From: Candidatus Thorarchaeota archaeon
GTDB lineage: Archaea > Asgardarchaeota > Thorarchaeia > Thorarchaeales > Thorarchaeaceae
Direction of reading: 5' to 3'
Assembly (NCBI GenBank): GCA_048882045.1
Contig: JBHLRZ010000013.1
Location: 21,365 to 85,364 of the forward strand
DNA length: 64,000 nucleotides
Under the pieces are notes generated by a model. It made no database searches, had not been told where the DNA came from, and saw only the letters and a list, made by a program, of their open reading frames with translations. Each line of letters starts with the position of its first letter. The first letter of the stretch is position 1. This document shows, in pieces, positions 1-9,276 of this stretch. The translations under genes and the position numbers were made by a program.

Positions 1-2
1 GT

Positions 3-923
3 TCAGATGTCTACTACAATCCAGGGTATAACTATGGACTTGCCAAGGAACTCGCGGCTACTATAGGTGCTTGTATGGGGTACACTATGGGAAGGACATT
101 TGGCAAACCAAGACAAATCAATACATCAATCATCATTGAGAATGAGAGTGTAGAAACATTCTACATTCCTATTACAACACCGACAAATCTGGAAGTCATA
201 TGTAGATGGTTTGGTGGGCCAGCTAGTTTCTATCTCAGGGACCCAAACAACGCACTCATTGGAATTGCAGAGTTCGATGAACCGTCAGCCTGGGAAGCAG
301 TCAAACTCTTTGATATACCCGTTTCAGTTGAAGGTCTGTACTCACTATCTATTGTAACGGGTCATGAAGATGTCGGGTTTGAGATGTCCTATACCTTTGA
401 TACAGATATTGATGGAAATGGTGTTCTAGACCGTAATGAGTTTTGGTTGGATCCAGTCTACTTCGTTACTGACCTAGATGGAGATGGATTATCTGCTGCT
501 GATGAGCTCTTCCTAGGCACTGATGATGAGAACATAGATTCAGATGGCGACTCCATGGATGACAAGTTCGAAGTGGATAATGGTTTTGACCCTACAAATC
601 CTTCAGACGGCGCTGGTGACGCGGATCACGATGGTCTAACTAACACAGCGGAGTATTTAATGGGTCTGAATCTATTCTCAGCGGATTCGGATCAGGACCG
701 GATGGATGACCTTTGGGAGGTTGAGAACGGACTGAGACCACTATTTGATGACTCAATGCTCGATGCTGATGGCGATGGCAAGACCAATCTGCAAGAGTAT
801 CTGGAGGGAACTGATCCACAAGTTGAAGAAAAAGAAGATGTGCCTGTAATCTGGTTAGTCGCACCATTTATTCTGATTGCAGTCATCGCAGGGTTTGTTT
901 ATGTTGGAAGGGATTATTTCTGA
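3..923 (+). CDS. 5'-partial M28-family peptidase paralog; C-terminal part with TSP3-like (DxDxDG) Ca-binding repeats and a C-terminal membrane anchor
   Basis: Frame is open from position 3 (SDVYYNPGYNYGLAKELAATIGACM...) and aligns with QDRWDNTLYNYTIGIEVVKAIGACF of the next gene. Repeated D-x-D-x-D-x-x-x-D-x-x-E-x-x-x-G-x-x-P motifs; hydrophobic C-terminus. Confidence 0.8.
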   Translation, partial: SDVYYNPGYNYGLAKELAATIGACMGYTMGRTFGKPRQINTSIIIENESVETFYIPITTPTNLEVICRWFGGPASFYLRDPNNALIGIAEFDEPSAWEAVKLFDIPVSVEGLYSLSIVTGHEDVGFEMSYTFDTDIDGNGVLDRNEFWLDPVYFVTDLDGDGLSAADELFLGTDDENIDSDGDSMDDKFEVDNGFDPTNPSDGAGDADHDGLTNTAEYLMGLNLFSADSDQDRMDDLWEVENGLRPLFDDSMLDADGDGKTNLQEYLEGTDPQVEEKEDVPVIWLVAPFILIAVIAGFVYVGRDYF

Positions 924-945
924 CCGAAGAATCTGAGGTTTTTCA

Positions 946-2766
946 ATGAAAAGGGTTCTAATGATAATCATCTTCGTGTCGCTTGTAGTGACACCTGTTG
1001 ATTTCGCAGCCGCCACAACTATTGAGAGAGGACCTGCAACCTCGAAAATAGTTGTTGAACCTCTTTCTCAGACGAGGGTATATGGCGAAGACCTGTCTGA
1101 AACGATATTCAGAGGTATTTCAGTTGACTCCTTCAGAGACTTCTTGATACAGCTCACGGAGAATGGCTCACGGTGGATTACAGGTCCAGATGGAAGGAGC
1201 GATGCAAACAGAGAAGCTCAGGATTGGATTGCTGAAGAGCTTATCAGAGTATCAGACGGGAGAATAGAAGTCGAGATCATCGGGGACCACCATTCTGTCG
1301 TAGGAAAGTTGCCAGGATATTTCCCCTACGAAGCTCCTGCACTGCTTGTAGGTGGACATTATGACAGCGTTGTTGAATCACCAGGAGCAAATGACGATGG
1401 GGTTGGAGTAGCAACAATGCTTGAGCTTGCGCGTGTTTTCTCTCAGTATGAGTGGCCACTTGATGTGTACTTTGGAGCTTGGAATGCAGAGGAAATCGGC
1501 TTAGTTGGAGCAAGAGAGGTTGCACAGGAGTTTCAGGACAGAGGGATTGACATCCTGGTCTATTACAATATCGACATGCTGCTAGTCAGAAACCCCTATG
1601 CACCAGACAGTCGCGCTGTTTTGATGGCATATCCGGACATGGCGTATCATGATGGTCAATATTGGGCTGAACTGGCAATGCTCATGAGCAGACAATATGG
1701 AAACGGATTGATCCTTCCCATTTCTTCAAGTAGTTTCTCAGGGTGGGAACGCTCAGATCATTGGGCATTTATTACAAAAGGGTATGAAACCTCACTCTTC
1801 GCCCATGAGAGTGGTTTTGAATATGACGCGGCATATCATACTAGTCAGGACAGATGGGACAACACGTTATACAACTACACAATAGGAATAGAAGTCGTCA
1901 AAGCAATTGGTGCATGTTTTGCATACATAATGAGTAGAGAGTATCAAAAGCCCGTTACAGAAGAGATTAGGTTCATTCTTCATGAAGGGGAAGAACGAGT
2001 CTTCTATCTACCTGTGACTACTCAGACATCAGTCAATGTTACATGTCGTTGGTGGGGAGGATATGCAGATTTCCTTCTGAGAAACCCATCGGATGTACTG
2101 ATAGGTGCCTCCTATAACAGTGAGAGTTCAGCTTGGGCACCAACAAACGTGATGAATCCAAGTGTTTCAGAATTTGGAATACACACACTCACTGTATTCA
2201 ATCCAGGACATGAAATGACTGGATTTGAACTCTTGTTTGAATATGAGTCTGACATCAATCGCAATTTCGTTCCGGACAGCCAGGAGTTTTGGTTTGATGC
2301 ATCTTATTTCTCTCTAGACTCTGACTCAGATTTACTCAGTGATGCTGACGAGTACATCATTGGAACCAAACCAGACTCCCCAGATTCGGACTCAGATACA
2401 ATGCTGGATTCATGGGAGCTCGAGTTTGGGCTAAACCCTCTCTTTTCTGGGGATGCTGAACTGGACCCTGACTCAGATGGGGTCTTGAACAGAGACGAAT
2501 ACACCAATAATACCAATCCCCACTCACAGGATTCAGATCAAGACGAAATCCCTGACAAATGGGAGATAGATAATAATCTTGATCCAATGTACAATGACGC
2601 CCTGGAAGATCCTGATAATGATGCAGTAACTAACCTTGACGAGTACTTAGAAGGGACGAATCCGCACTATGCAGAACTCAGGCTAGAAAGATATGTTATA
2701 CCCATCTCAGCAGTTGGCATTGCTGTTGTTCTTTTCGTTTCATATGTAGTTCGACGAAGAATTTAA
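946..2766 (+). CDS. Secreted M28-family metallopeptidase with TSP3-like repeats and a C-terminal TM anchor
   Basis: Signal peptide; M28 motifs GGHYDS, GANDDGVG, AEEIGL, NIDM, SDH, YHT; DSDxD repeats; TM helix followed by RRRI. Confidence 0.88.
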   Translation: MKRVLMIIIFVSLVVTPVDFAAATTIERGPATSKIVVEPLSQTRVYGEDLSETIFRGISVDSFRDFLIQLTENGSRWITGPDGRSDANREAQDWIAEELIRVSDGRIEVEIIGDHHSVVGKLPGYFPYEAPALLVGGHYDSVVESPGANDDGVGVATMLELARVFSQYEWPLDVYFGAWNAEEIGLVGAREVAQEFQDRGIDILVYYNIDMLLVRNPYAPDSRAVLMAYPDMAYHDGQYWAELAMLMSRQYGNGLILPISSSSFSGWERSDHWAFITKGYETSLFAHESGFEYDAAYHTSQDRWDNTLYNYTIGIEVVKAIGACFAYIMSREYQKPVTEEIRFILHEGEERVFYLPVTTQTSVNVTCRWWGGYADFLLRNPSDVLIGASYNSESSAWAPTNVMNPSVSEFGIHTLTVFNPGHEMTGFELLFEYESDINRNFVPDSQEFWFDASYFSLDSDSDLLSDADEYIIGTKPDSPDSDSDTMLDSWELEFGLNPLFSGDAELDPDSDGVLNRDEYTNNTNPHSQDSDQDEIPDKWEIDNNLDPMYNDALEDPDNDAVTNLDEYLEGTNPHYAELRLERYVIPISAVGIAVVLFVSYVVRRRI

Positions 2767-2831
2767 CCAATCATCGGCCAAAGATTCAAATTCTCTAGAC
2801 CTACGGATTTCGTGGAATTGGTGAGTAGTGG

Positions 2832-3707
2832 TTGTACATTCCAAGTAGGCGTGCACTCAGACTTGTTGAAATCCAAGAGAGTGTACTCCCTGAGGATGAA
2901 TGGTTGATTGGTGTTTCAGACCTTGGATACTTCAAGGGTATGGGATACTCAATGCCCATAGTTGATGATTCTGACGAATCTGAGAGCTCAGGTAAACTCT
3001 ATGCATTCCTTCCAGGTCTTTTCTATTGTTCCTCACAACAGACATCTGTTGATAGCGTACTTATTGAAGTGAGTCACAAGGAAATTTCTGGCGTGACGTT
3101 GCCTAGTTTTCGACCAGAGGACGTACGAACATTTGATGTTGGAAAAGGGATGACTTTGAGTGATAGTGGGAATCTCCAACCTATAGACATCACGATTGAC
3201 TCATTGGGTAGTTTCGGTGTCGAGTCATTCCTCAAAGACACAGGATTGAATTACGAGTTTCTCAACTTCAAAAGAGAGATGCAAATAGCGGTTCATCTTG
3301 CAGAGATGATTCCACTAGCTAATCTAAAGAAAGCCTATGTATCCAGTTCTTTTCTTAGAGCGAGAATCACCAAACTCCTCGATGACATTGAATTCTTTGG
3401 GCTTAATCCGAGAAGAAGGCTCTATATTCGAAACGACAAGTACCCCTATGGTTCAGTTATTGATGTGAAATATCCTGGTCTCGGAGATAATCTAGATATG
3501 TACACTGGTGCTGGAATCATCTGTCCTGATGACCCAGAACTGGAAGAAGAAATTGGCAAACTATCATTCTCCAAGCTCGTAGACTCGGGGGTCGAAATAG
3601 ATGTGGAAAGGGCAATCCTCGATATGCTCCTATACATCAGATTTGAGTTCGAGGGGAGCACTTCACATGGTGATGTCCTACAGGCTTTGTTTGAGGAGGG
3701 TGAGTGA
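2832..3707 (+). CDS. Hypothetical protein
   Basis: 291-aa ORF with TTG start after a GGTGAG RBS; overlaps the next start. No recognisable motif. Confidence 0.75.
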   Translation: MYIPSRRALRLVEIQESVLPEDEWLIGVSDLGYFKGMGYSMPIVDDSDESESSGKLYAFLPGLFYCSSQQTSVDSVLIEVSHKEISGVTLPSFRPEDVRTFDVGKGMTLSDSGNLQPIDITIDSLGSFGVESFLKDTGLNYEFLNFKREMQIAVHLAEMIPLANLKKAYVSSSFLRARITKLLDDIEFFGLNPRRRLYIRNDKYPYGSVIDVKYPGLGDNLDMYTGAGIICPDDPELEEEIGKLSFSKLVDSGVEIDVERAILDMLLYIRFEFEGSTSHGDVLQALFEEGE

Positions 3708-5242
3708 GGATGGAGAGCTGGGCACACACTACAAAAACGATTGTTGAAAACCTCCACAACACCTGGCTTTATCGAACAATAGAGGAATGGACAAGAAGAG
3801 ACGCTCTTGAAATTCGCGAAGAACTCGGATTAGAGAGCTTTTCGGTAACATCCTCGGATTCTGTCGAGATGTATTCAAGTATCAAGCAGCATATTCTATC
3901 CAAAACAATTCACGACAAAGAAACGTTGGACTTCTTGATGAAGGTTCCAAACTGGGTCGGTTTCAGTCTTGATGAAAACGAGTTCAGGTCTGGGCAACAA
4001 GTCATCGGAGCTGCAAGGGAAGAAGCTATAGCCATGCTCTGGTTGATGGCACTTCCAAAGATCATCATTAGTCCAAAAACCATGCCTGAAGAATATCCAA
4101 TTGATGCGATTCATGGCTTCATAAAGAGAATCCTTGATTCAGATGCGTCTAGAACTAAGCTGAGGAAACAGATGTCAACGGAAATGGAACGTCGGGGTAT
4201 ACCGGATATCGTCTTTAATCCTAATCCGATTGGTAGAGGCTACGTTATTGACGAATCAATGAGGGAACAGCGCCTCAGAGCTCTCATTGCCTTGGTTGTG
4301 ATGAAATCTAGTGGGTGTCCATTCGATCTAGATGCTGTCTTCTCATTGGATGAAAATGAGATAGTTGAAGAAGCGACAGCAAACATTGTAACAATGCATG
4401 CACAGAATATGCTGAATAATCAAATTACTGGTGGAGGTGGAAGACGTCCGTTTGATTGGCCTCTTATTGGAAATCCTGAGATTTGTGCGAGATTGTTTGT
4501 GACTCTGGACATTCTTGCTCAATCAGCTACAAAGATGACTTCGTGCTCCATGTTTTCCTCTACCATAAATGCTCAGAAAGCAAAATGGAGAGATTTGGAC
4601 TTCATAGCTTTCCTTGTCGAAGAGTTAGTTACTCATTATGCTGAGATAAAACGTACTCGACTAGGAAGGGGGCAGAACCACGAGCTGTCCCTCTTTGTAG
4701 ATCTAATCAATGAAGAGAAACTTGAGATTGCTGCACGACTACTTGAATCAGATAAGATTGGACAGGACCTTTTTGATGAACTCACAACATATAAACAGCG
4801 AGCAAAGACTGGCGAAAGACCTGATATTAGTCCCGAACGGAGATTCGGTGCTGTTCTATCTAACTTGAAACAGAGCCTTGAAGAAGAGAAGCTGGAGAGC
4901 ATAGACCGAGAAACAATCATCGACCAAGTGGATAATATTTTTGATGCCCTTGTTGAGGTGGTTGAGAGCCACCTAGACTCTCTTGGTGAAGAAGCCGAAA
5001 GATTCACACAGGCACTCTGTTTTGAAACCTCCATAAGACTCATTCAATTACTAGGTCTAGGAGAGGCTTTGATGGATTTGCCATGGGTTTCGCGCTTCAT
5101 TGCTGAGGAGTCAGCACGAACCGATATCACTGAAGGAGACTTGACTAAGCTTGATGACGAACACCGAATCAAGAGGATTGTTTCCGCATATGCAGGAGGA
5201 GTGACCTACGTGATCCTCCAGTTTCAAAGTAATCTCAAGTGA
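3704..5242 (+). CDS. Hypothetical helix-rich protein
   Basis: 512-aa ORF coupled to the upstream gene (GTGA overlap); Leu/Glu-rich; no known motif. Confidence 0.78.
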   Translation: MRMESWAHTTKTIVENLHNTWLYRTIEEWTRRDALEIREELGLESFSVTSSDSVEMYSSIKQHILSKTIHDKETLDFLMKVPNWVGFSLDENEFRSGQQVIGAAREEAIAMLWLMALPKIIISPKTMPEEYPIDAIHGFIKRILDSDASRTKLRKQMSTEMERRGIPDIVFNPNPIGRGYVIDESMREQRLRALIALVVMKSSGCPFDLDAVFSLDENEIVEEATANIVTMHAQNMLNNQITGGGGRRPFDWPLIGNPEICARLFVTLDILAQSATKMTSCSMFSSTINAQKAKWRDLDFIAFLVEELVTHYAEIKRTRLGRGQNHELSLFVDLINEEKLEIAARLLESDKIGQDLFDELTTYKQRAKTGERPDISPERRFGAVLSNLKQSLEEEKLESIDRETIIDQVDNIFDALVEVVESHLDSLGEEAERFTQALCFETSIRLIQLLGLGEALMDLPWVSRFIAEESARTDITEGDLTKLDDEHRIKRIVSAYAGGVTYVILQFQSNLK

Positions 5243-6140
5243 AGGTTCTCATCACAGTATCCCAGCGATGCTGGATGAACGCTTCGAAATCAGCTATCTT
5301 CTTGTCATCTCGTTTAGGTTTGAAGAGATGCGAGAATCTACCCTGAAGTTTCAGGAAATCATCGATTGGTTTCCTCTTCTCCGGGTCTTGGAATCTCTTA
5401 CTATGTCTTCCAAGTATGAACTCATCACCAATCCTCTCCCATTGAATCCAATATCCGGTTTCAACTGCAAGTTTTCCGATCTCAACGCCCTTCTCAACTG
5501 GATAGTTCCAAGCTTGCGGACATGGAAGGAAGATATGTCCAAATTTGGGACCTTCATATTCTCGTGCCTTCTGGAATTTTTCAAACAGGTCTCTAGGATA
5601 GGATGTGTTCGCAGTGAACTGATACACAGGCTCATGGGCTGCGACAATAAGATCGAGCATTTTCTCAGGCTCAGTCTTACCAAACCAAGTAGTTGTTGTC
5701 TTTGCATGGAGGGGAGTAGCTCCGGAACGCTGTGTGCCCGTATTGCTGTAGACCTGGTTGTTGTAACAGATATAGAGAAAGTCAGTCCTACGCTCCAATG
5801 CCCCACTTAGAGCCTGAAGACCAATGTCAAATGTTCCACCATCACCAGCCCAGACCATCACCATTGTGTGGTCGTTTCCTTTTGCTTTCAGTGCTGCTTT
5901 TACTCCAGAAGCTGTTGCTCCAGAAGCCATGAATGCTGTGTTCAGAACAGGAATCCCGAGTCCACTCTTTGGCCAGAGTGATTGCACGACACTTGTACAA
6001 CAGGCAGGTACTACTTGGATGACATCACCCTCGAGAGCTTTGTGAGCATGTCGAAGAGCTACCATGTCTTGACAACCTGCGCAAGCGGCATTTCCTTTCA
6101 GTACGTATTCTTTGAGTGGCATATCTTTCGTTGCTACCAT
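5235..6140 (-). CDS. porB: Pyruvate/2-oxoacid:ferredoxin oxidoreductase beta subunit (TPP-binding)
   Basis: ACAGC, ACCT, GDGG...NN TPP motif, YSNTGTQRSGATP, PCP. Start moved to MVATK just after the porA stop. Confidence 0.92.
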   Translation of the reverse strand: MVATKDMPLKEYVLKGNAACAGCQDMVALRHAHKALEGDVIQVVPACCTSVVQSLWPKSGLGIPVLNTAFMASGATASGVKAALKAKGNDHTMVMVWAGDGGTFDIGLQALSGALERRTDFLYICYNNQVYSNTGTQRSGATPLHAKTTTTWFGKTEPEKMLDLIVAAHEPVYQFTANTSYPRDLFEKFQKAREYEGPKFGHIFLPCPQAWNYPVEKGVEIGKLAVETGYWIQWERIGDEFILGRHSKRFQDPEKRKPIDDFLKLQGRFSHLFKPKRDDKKIADFEAFIQHRWDTVMRTFT

Positions 6141-6142
6141 CT

Positions 6143-7324
6143 TCACTCCTCCATTAGGTTGTGCCAAGTCTCTTCGGGATCTAGCTCTCCGCTCTCAACC
6201 GAGTTGAATGTGTCCAGGATTACAGTCTTGATATCAGGAACTGTCATGTCCCGACCTCCTAGGCCACCGATGTAGCTCTTAATCATCGGTCGATACTTAG
6301 TATGATACATCGAGGATCTTATGTCATTGGCAACAGGACCACCAAATCCATACGACACTCCGCGGTCAAAACTGGCAAACGCCTTCACCCGACTTCCGAG
6401 TTCACGTATCTTCTCCACGGGGAATGGGCGAATCATTCTCATCCTGGCGTTTCCTACTTTGTATCCTTCCTCCCTCAGTTCGTCGATGGCATCCTTTGCC
6501 TCAGCACCAATAGAGCCCTGTGAGGTGAACACAACCTCAGCATCATCACATCTGTAACAGTCGATAGGTCCTCCAAAATGCTTGCCAAAGAGTTTCTTGT
6601 AGTCCTTCTCAACTTCTTCATAGACCTTGAGAGCATTCTGTGTCCCCTCATGCATCATGTATCTGAACTCCTGGTAGTGCTCAGGAAAAACTATGTTGCC
6701 ATGTGACACTGGATTCTCAGGATCCATGACCCAGTGTGGAGGAGTATATGGTGGAAGGAACTTGTCGACTTCCTCTGCCTCAAGATAATCAAAGGTTGAA
6801 AGCGTGTGACTGAGTACAAAACCATCTGCGTTGACCATCACTGGCATGAGGACACGCTCATCTTCTGCAAGTTTGAAGGATTGAATGATTGTGTGGTACA
6901 ACTCGTCAACACTTGAAACATAGAATTGAATCCAGCCGGTATCACGTTTGGAGTAGGAATCATCGTGTGTCACATGAATGTTCCAGCTAGGTGAAACAGA
7001 CCGATTAACATTGTTCAGTACAATAGGCAGTCTGGCTGCAGCGGCCCAGTGCAAAGCCTCATCCATTAGAAGAAGTCCATTGGATGATGTTGCAGTGAAA
7101 GCTCTTGCTCCGGTTGAGCTTGCTCCAATGCAGGCAAACATCGCAGAGTGCTCAGACTCAACCCTGATGAACTCGCCCTTGAAAATACCCTTCTCATTCA
7201 GCAGTGCAATCTGTTCTGGTACGGTAGTCGCTGGTGTGATTGGGTATGCAGCAACCACCTCTACCCGAGCTGAAACCACAGATCTTGCGGCAGCATAGTT
7301 TGCACTCATGAGTTCAGTTTTCAT
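6143..7324 (-). CDS. porA: Pyruvate/2-oxoacid:ferredoxin oxidoreductase alpha subunit
   Basis: AAYPITP, VESEHSA, FTATSS, DGFVLSH and GLGGRD motifs. Confidence 0.94.
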   Translation of the reverse strand: MKTELMSANYAAARSVVSARVEVVAAYPITPATTVPEQIALLNEKGIFKGEFIRVESEHSAMFACIGASSTGARAFTATSSNGLLLMDEALHWAAAARLPIVLNNVNRSVSPSWNIHVTHDDSYSKRDTGWIQFYVSSVDELYHTIIQSFKLAEDERVLMPVMVNADGFVLSHTLSTFDYLEAEEVDKFLPPYTPPHWVMDPENPVSHGNIVFPEHYQEFRYMMHEGTQNALKVYEEVEKDYKKLFGKHFGGPIDCYRCDDAEVVFTSQGSIGAEAKDAIDELREEGYKVGNARMRMIRPFPVEKIRELGSRVKAFASFDRGVSYGFGGPVANDIRSSMYHTKYRPMIKSYIGGLGGRDMTVPDIKTVILDTFNSVESGELDPEETWHNLMEE

Positions 7325-7599
7325 ACTTCACCAGTCCTCCTCTTTCGCTCATCAGTTCTGAGCATCTCGATACAATGCTTCGGACAGACCTGGGCGCAAA
7401 TGCCGCACCCCTTACAATAGTCATAGTCCGTGTGAGGAGTTCCATCCTCATCCAAGCTGATGACAGCCTCGGGGCAGTGGAGCCAACATGTGCGGCATCT
7501 GTTACACTCATCATAGTCCACAACGGGATCAAAAGTGCGCCAGCTGCCAGTCTTACCTGTAGCACCAATGGTGGGTTTGGAGTAAGATGTCTTTGGCAT
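7321..7599 (-). CDS. porD: Pyruvate/2-oxoacid:ferredoxin oxidoreductase delta subunit (2x[4Fe-4S])
   Basis: KTGSWR..P motif and two CxxCxxCxxxCP motifs (YDYCKGCGICAQVCP). Exact start uncertain (ATG 7599 or a little upstream). Confidence 0.9.
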   Translation of the reverse strand: MPKTSYSKPTIGATGKTGSWRTFDPVVDYDECNRCRTCWLHCPEAVISLDEDGTPHTDYDYCKGCGICAQVCPKHCIEMLRTDERKRRTGEV

Positions 7600-7789
7600 T
7601 TCCTTCCTGCTCTTTGGCTCGGTATTTACCTCGTTTACCAACCAGATCCACGTCCACTGAAGGCCTACATGGGCTCGCGTTAACACAGACAATTAAGCGT
7701 TATGATACTGTTGATAGGGGAACTACATGATTCGGTTGCCTTATCAGATTGAAAGCCTACGAGAGTATAATCAACGAGGTTGATTTAGA

Positions 7790-8593
7790 TTGGAGTTCAC
7801 TATTACTCATGTCCAAATGCCCTGTGAGGAGGGAAATCGAGAAGGCAACTTCAAACGTGCAATGTACCTTTTGGAACAGCGGAAGGCAGGAAAAGGAATT
7901 CAATTCATTCTTCTGCCCGAGTTGTTTGCAATTGGATTTCGTCATGAAGACTATGGGAAAGAGGGACAAGGCGTTCCAGGTCCAACTGCAGATTTCATTT
8001 GTTCAATCGCGGAAGAACATCAAGCCTACACAGTCGGTACTGGAATTGAGAAGACTGGAGAAAAGTATCACAACACACTCGTGATGGCAAAACCCAACGG
8101 TGAACTTCACGGGACCTACAGCAAGATACACCCCTTCCAGGAAGAGAAAGATGTCTTCGAAGGTGGAGATACTATTGCCATGTTTGAGTGTTCAGGCATC
8201 AAGGTAGGAGTCGAGATTTGTTATGACATAAGATTCCCTGAAGTCACACGAAAACTTGCACTTGAGGGTGCTGAGATAGTACTTGTTCCTGCAGCATTTC
8301 CGGATCCCAGAAGTGAACACTGGAACACCCTGGTTCGAGCACGAGCAATTGAGAATCAGATTTTTGTCGCTGCGACAAACCGTATTGGGTTTGGATTCGA
8401 TGGGAAAACCTACTTCGGACACAGCCAGACCGTTGATCCCTGGGGAGTGGTTCTTAACAGGCTGAACACAGAGGAACGTTTAGTCGCAACTCAATCGGAT
8501 ACTGATATGATAGAGAGTGTAAGGTCTCAGATCACCTGTTATGCTGACATCGCTCCTTCAGGATATGAGAGAGTCGTTTGGTTCAAAGAATAG
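7790..8593 (+). CDS. Carbon-nitrogen hydrolase (nitrilase superfamily, Nit/omega-amidase-like)
   Basis: E-K-C triad motifs LPELF, YSKIHPF and EICYDIRFPE; RARAIENQ; DPWG. Confidence 0.92.
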   Translation: MEFTITHVQMPCEEGNREGNFKRAMYLLEQRKAGKGIQFILLPELFAIGFRHEDYGKEGQGVPGPTADFICSIAEEHQAYTVGTGIEKTGEKYHNTLVMAKPNGELHGTYSKIHPFQEEKDVFEGGDTIAMFECSGIKVGVEICYDIRFPEVTRKLALEGAEIVLVPAAFPDPRSEHWNTLVRARAIENQIFVAATNRIGFGFDGKTYFGHSQTVDPWGVVLNRLNTEERLVATQSDTDMIESVRSQITCYADIAPSGYERVVWFKE

Positions 8594-8656
8594 TGTGAGA
8601 AACACAAGCGTTAAGTGAATGACCTGGTGTGCCTATAATGATTGGAGGAGTAATAG

Positions 8657-9166
8657 TTGAGCAATCAGACAGACCTCATCAGAGAATCTATTCGTGACTG
8701 GTTCTCTCGTGAGGGAATCAAAGTAGAAACCATCAAGAATCCAAAGGCGGAGTTCTTGTTCAAGGTCAAGTTCCTCAGATTCTTCTTTACAGTGGTTCGA
8801 CCCAATGACCAGAGGTTCGTTCAGTTCGAGTCACAAATAATGATATCACCTCAGCATCAGCAGCTCCTCAATGTAGAGAAGATGCGAGAGTTCCAGATGA
8901 ACGCCATGAAGTTCTCATTCCAGGAGGGCTTTAACATGGGATTCGTGCAGCCAAGACCTGGACAGCCGGGACCACAACCCCCAGGTCCAGGATTCGTCAT
9001 TTCTGACCGAATCTACGATGATGGATTCACAGAAGACCATCTATGGAGAATAATGCGTAAACTTCACGGGGCCATTGACATGGTAATTGCAATGCTTAAC
9101 GATGTCACAGGACAGATTGGTGGAAAACCAGATACCACTGACACTGGACCTACGTACTATACATAA
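8657..9166 (+). CDS. DUF2299-like archaeal protein with a Pro/Gly-rich insertion
   Basis: I..W..EG, ISPQHQ and IYDDGFT pattern; TTG start after GGAGGAG. Confidence 0.6.
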   Translation: MSNQTDLIRESIRDWFSREGIKVETIKNPKAEFLFKVKFLRFFFTVVRPNDQRFVQFESQIMISPQHQQLLNVEKMREFQMNAMKFSFQEGFNMGFVQPRPGQPGPQPPGPGFVISDRIYDDGFTEDHLWRIMRKLHGAIDMVIAMLNDVTGQIGGKPDTTDTGPTYYT

Positions 9167-9188
9167 TGTGACCAGCTCGATTGTTTTT

Positions 9189-9220
9189 AGAGACCTATAC
9201 ATAGTAGCTCTCCTTTTTTT
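9189..9220 (+). terminator. Weak hairpin plus T7 tract after the DUF2299-like gene
   Basis: agagacctatacatagtagctctc followed by ctttttttg. Confidence 0.45.
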
Positions 9221-9276
9221 GAATCAGAGGAATTAACAAGAGCGCTGGTACAACTGCGGATTAGCTGTTACGCCGT

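Noticed and set aside
5268-7683. Antisense and alternate-frame ORFs over por genes (and similar ones across the window)
   Set aside because: They are shadows of well-supported genes, with no motifs or RBS.
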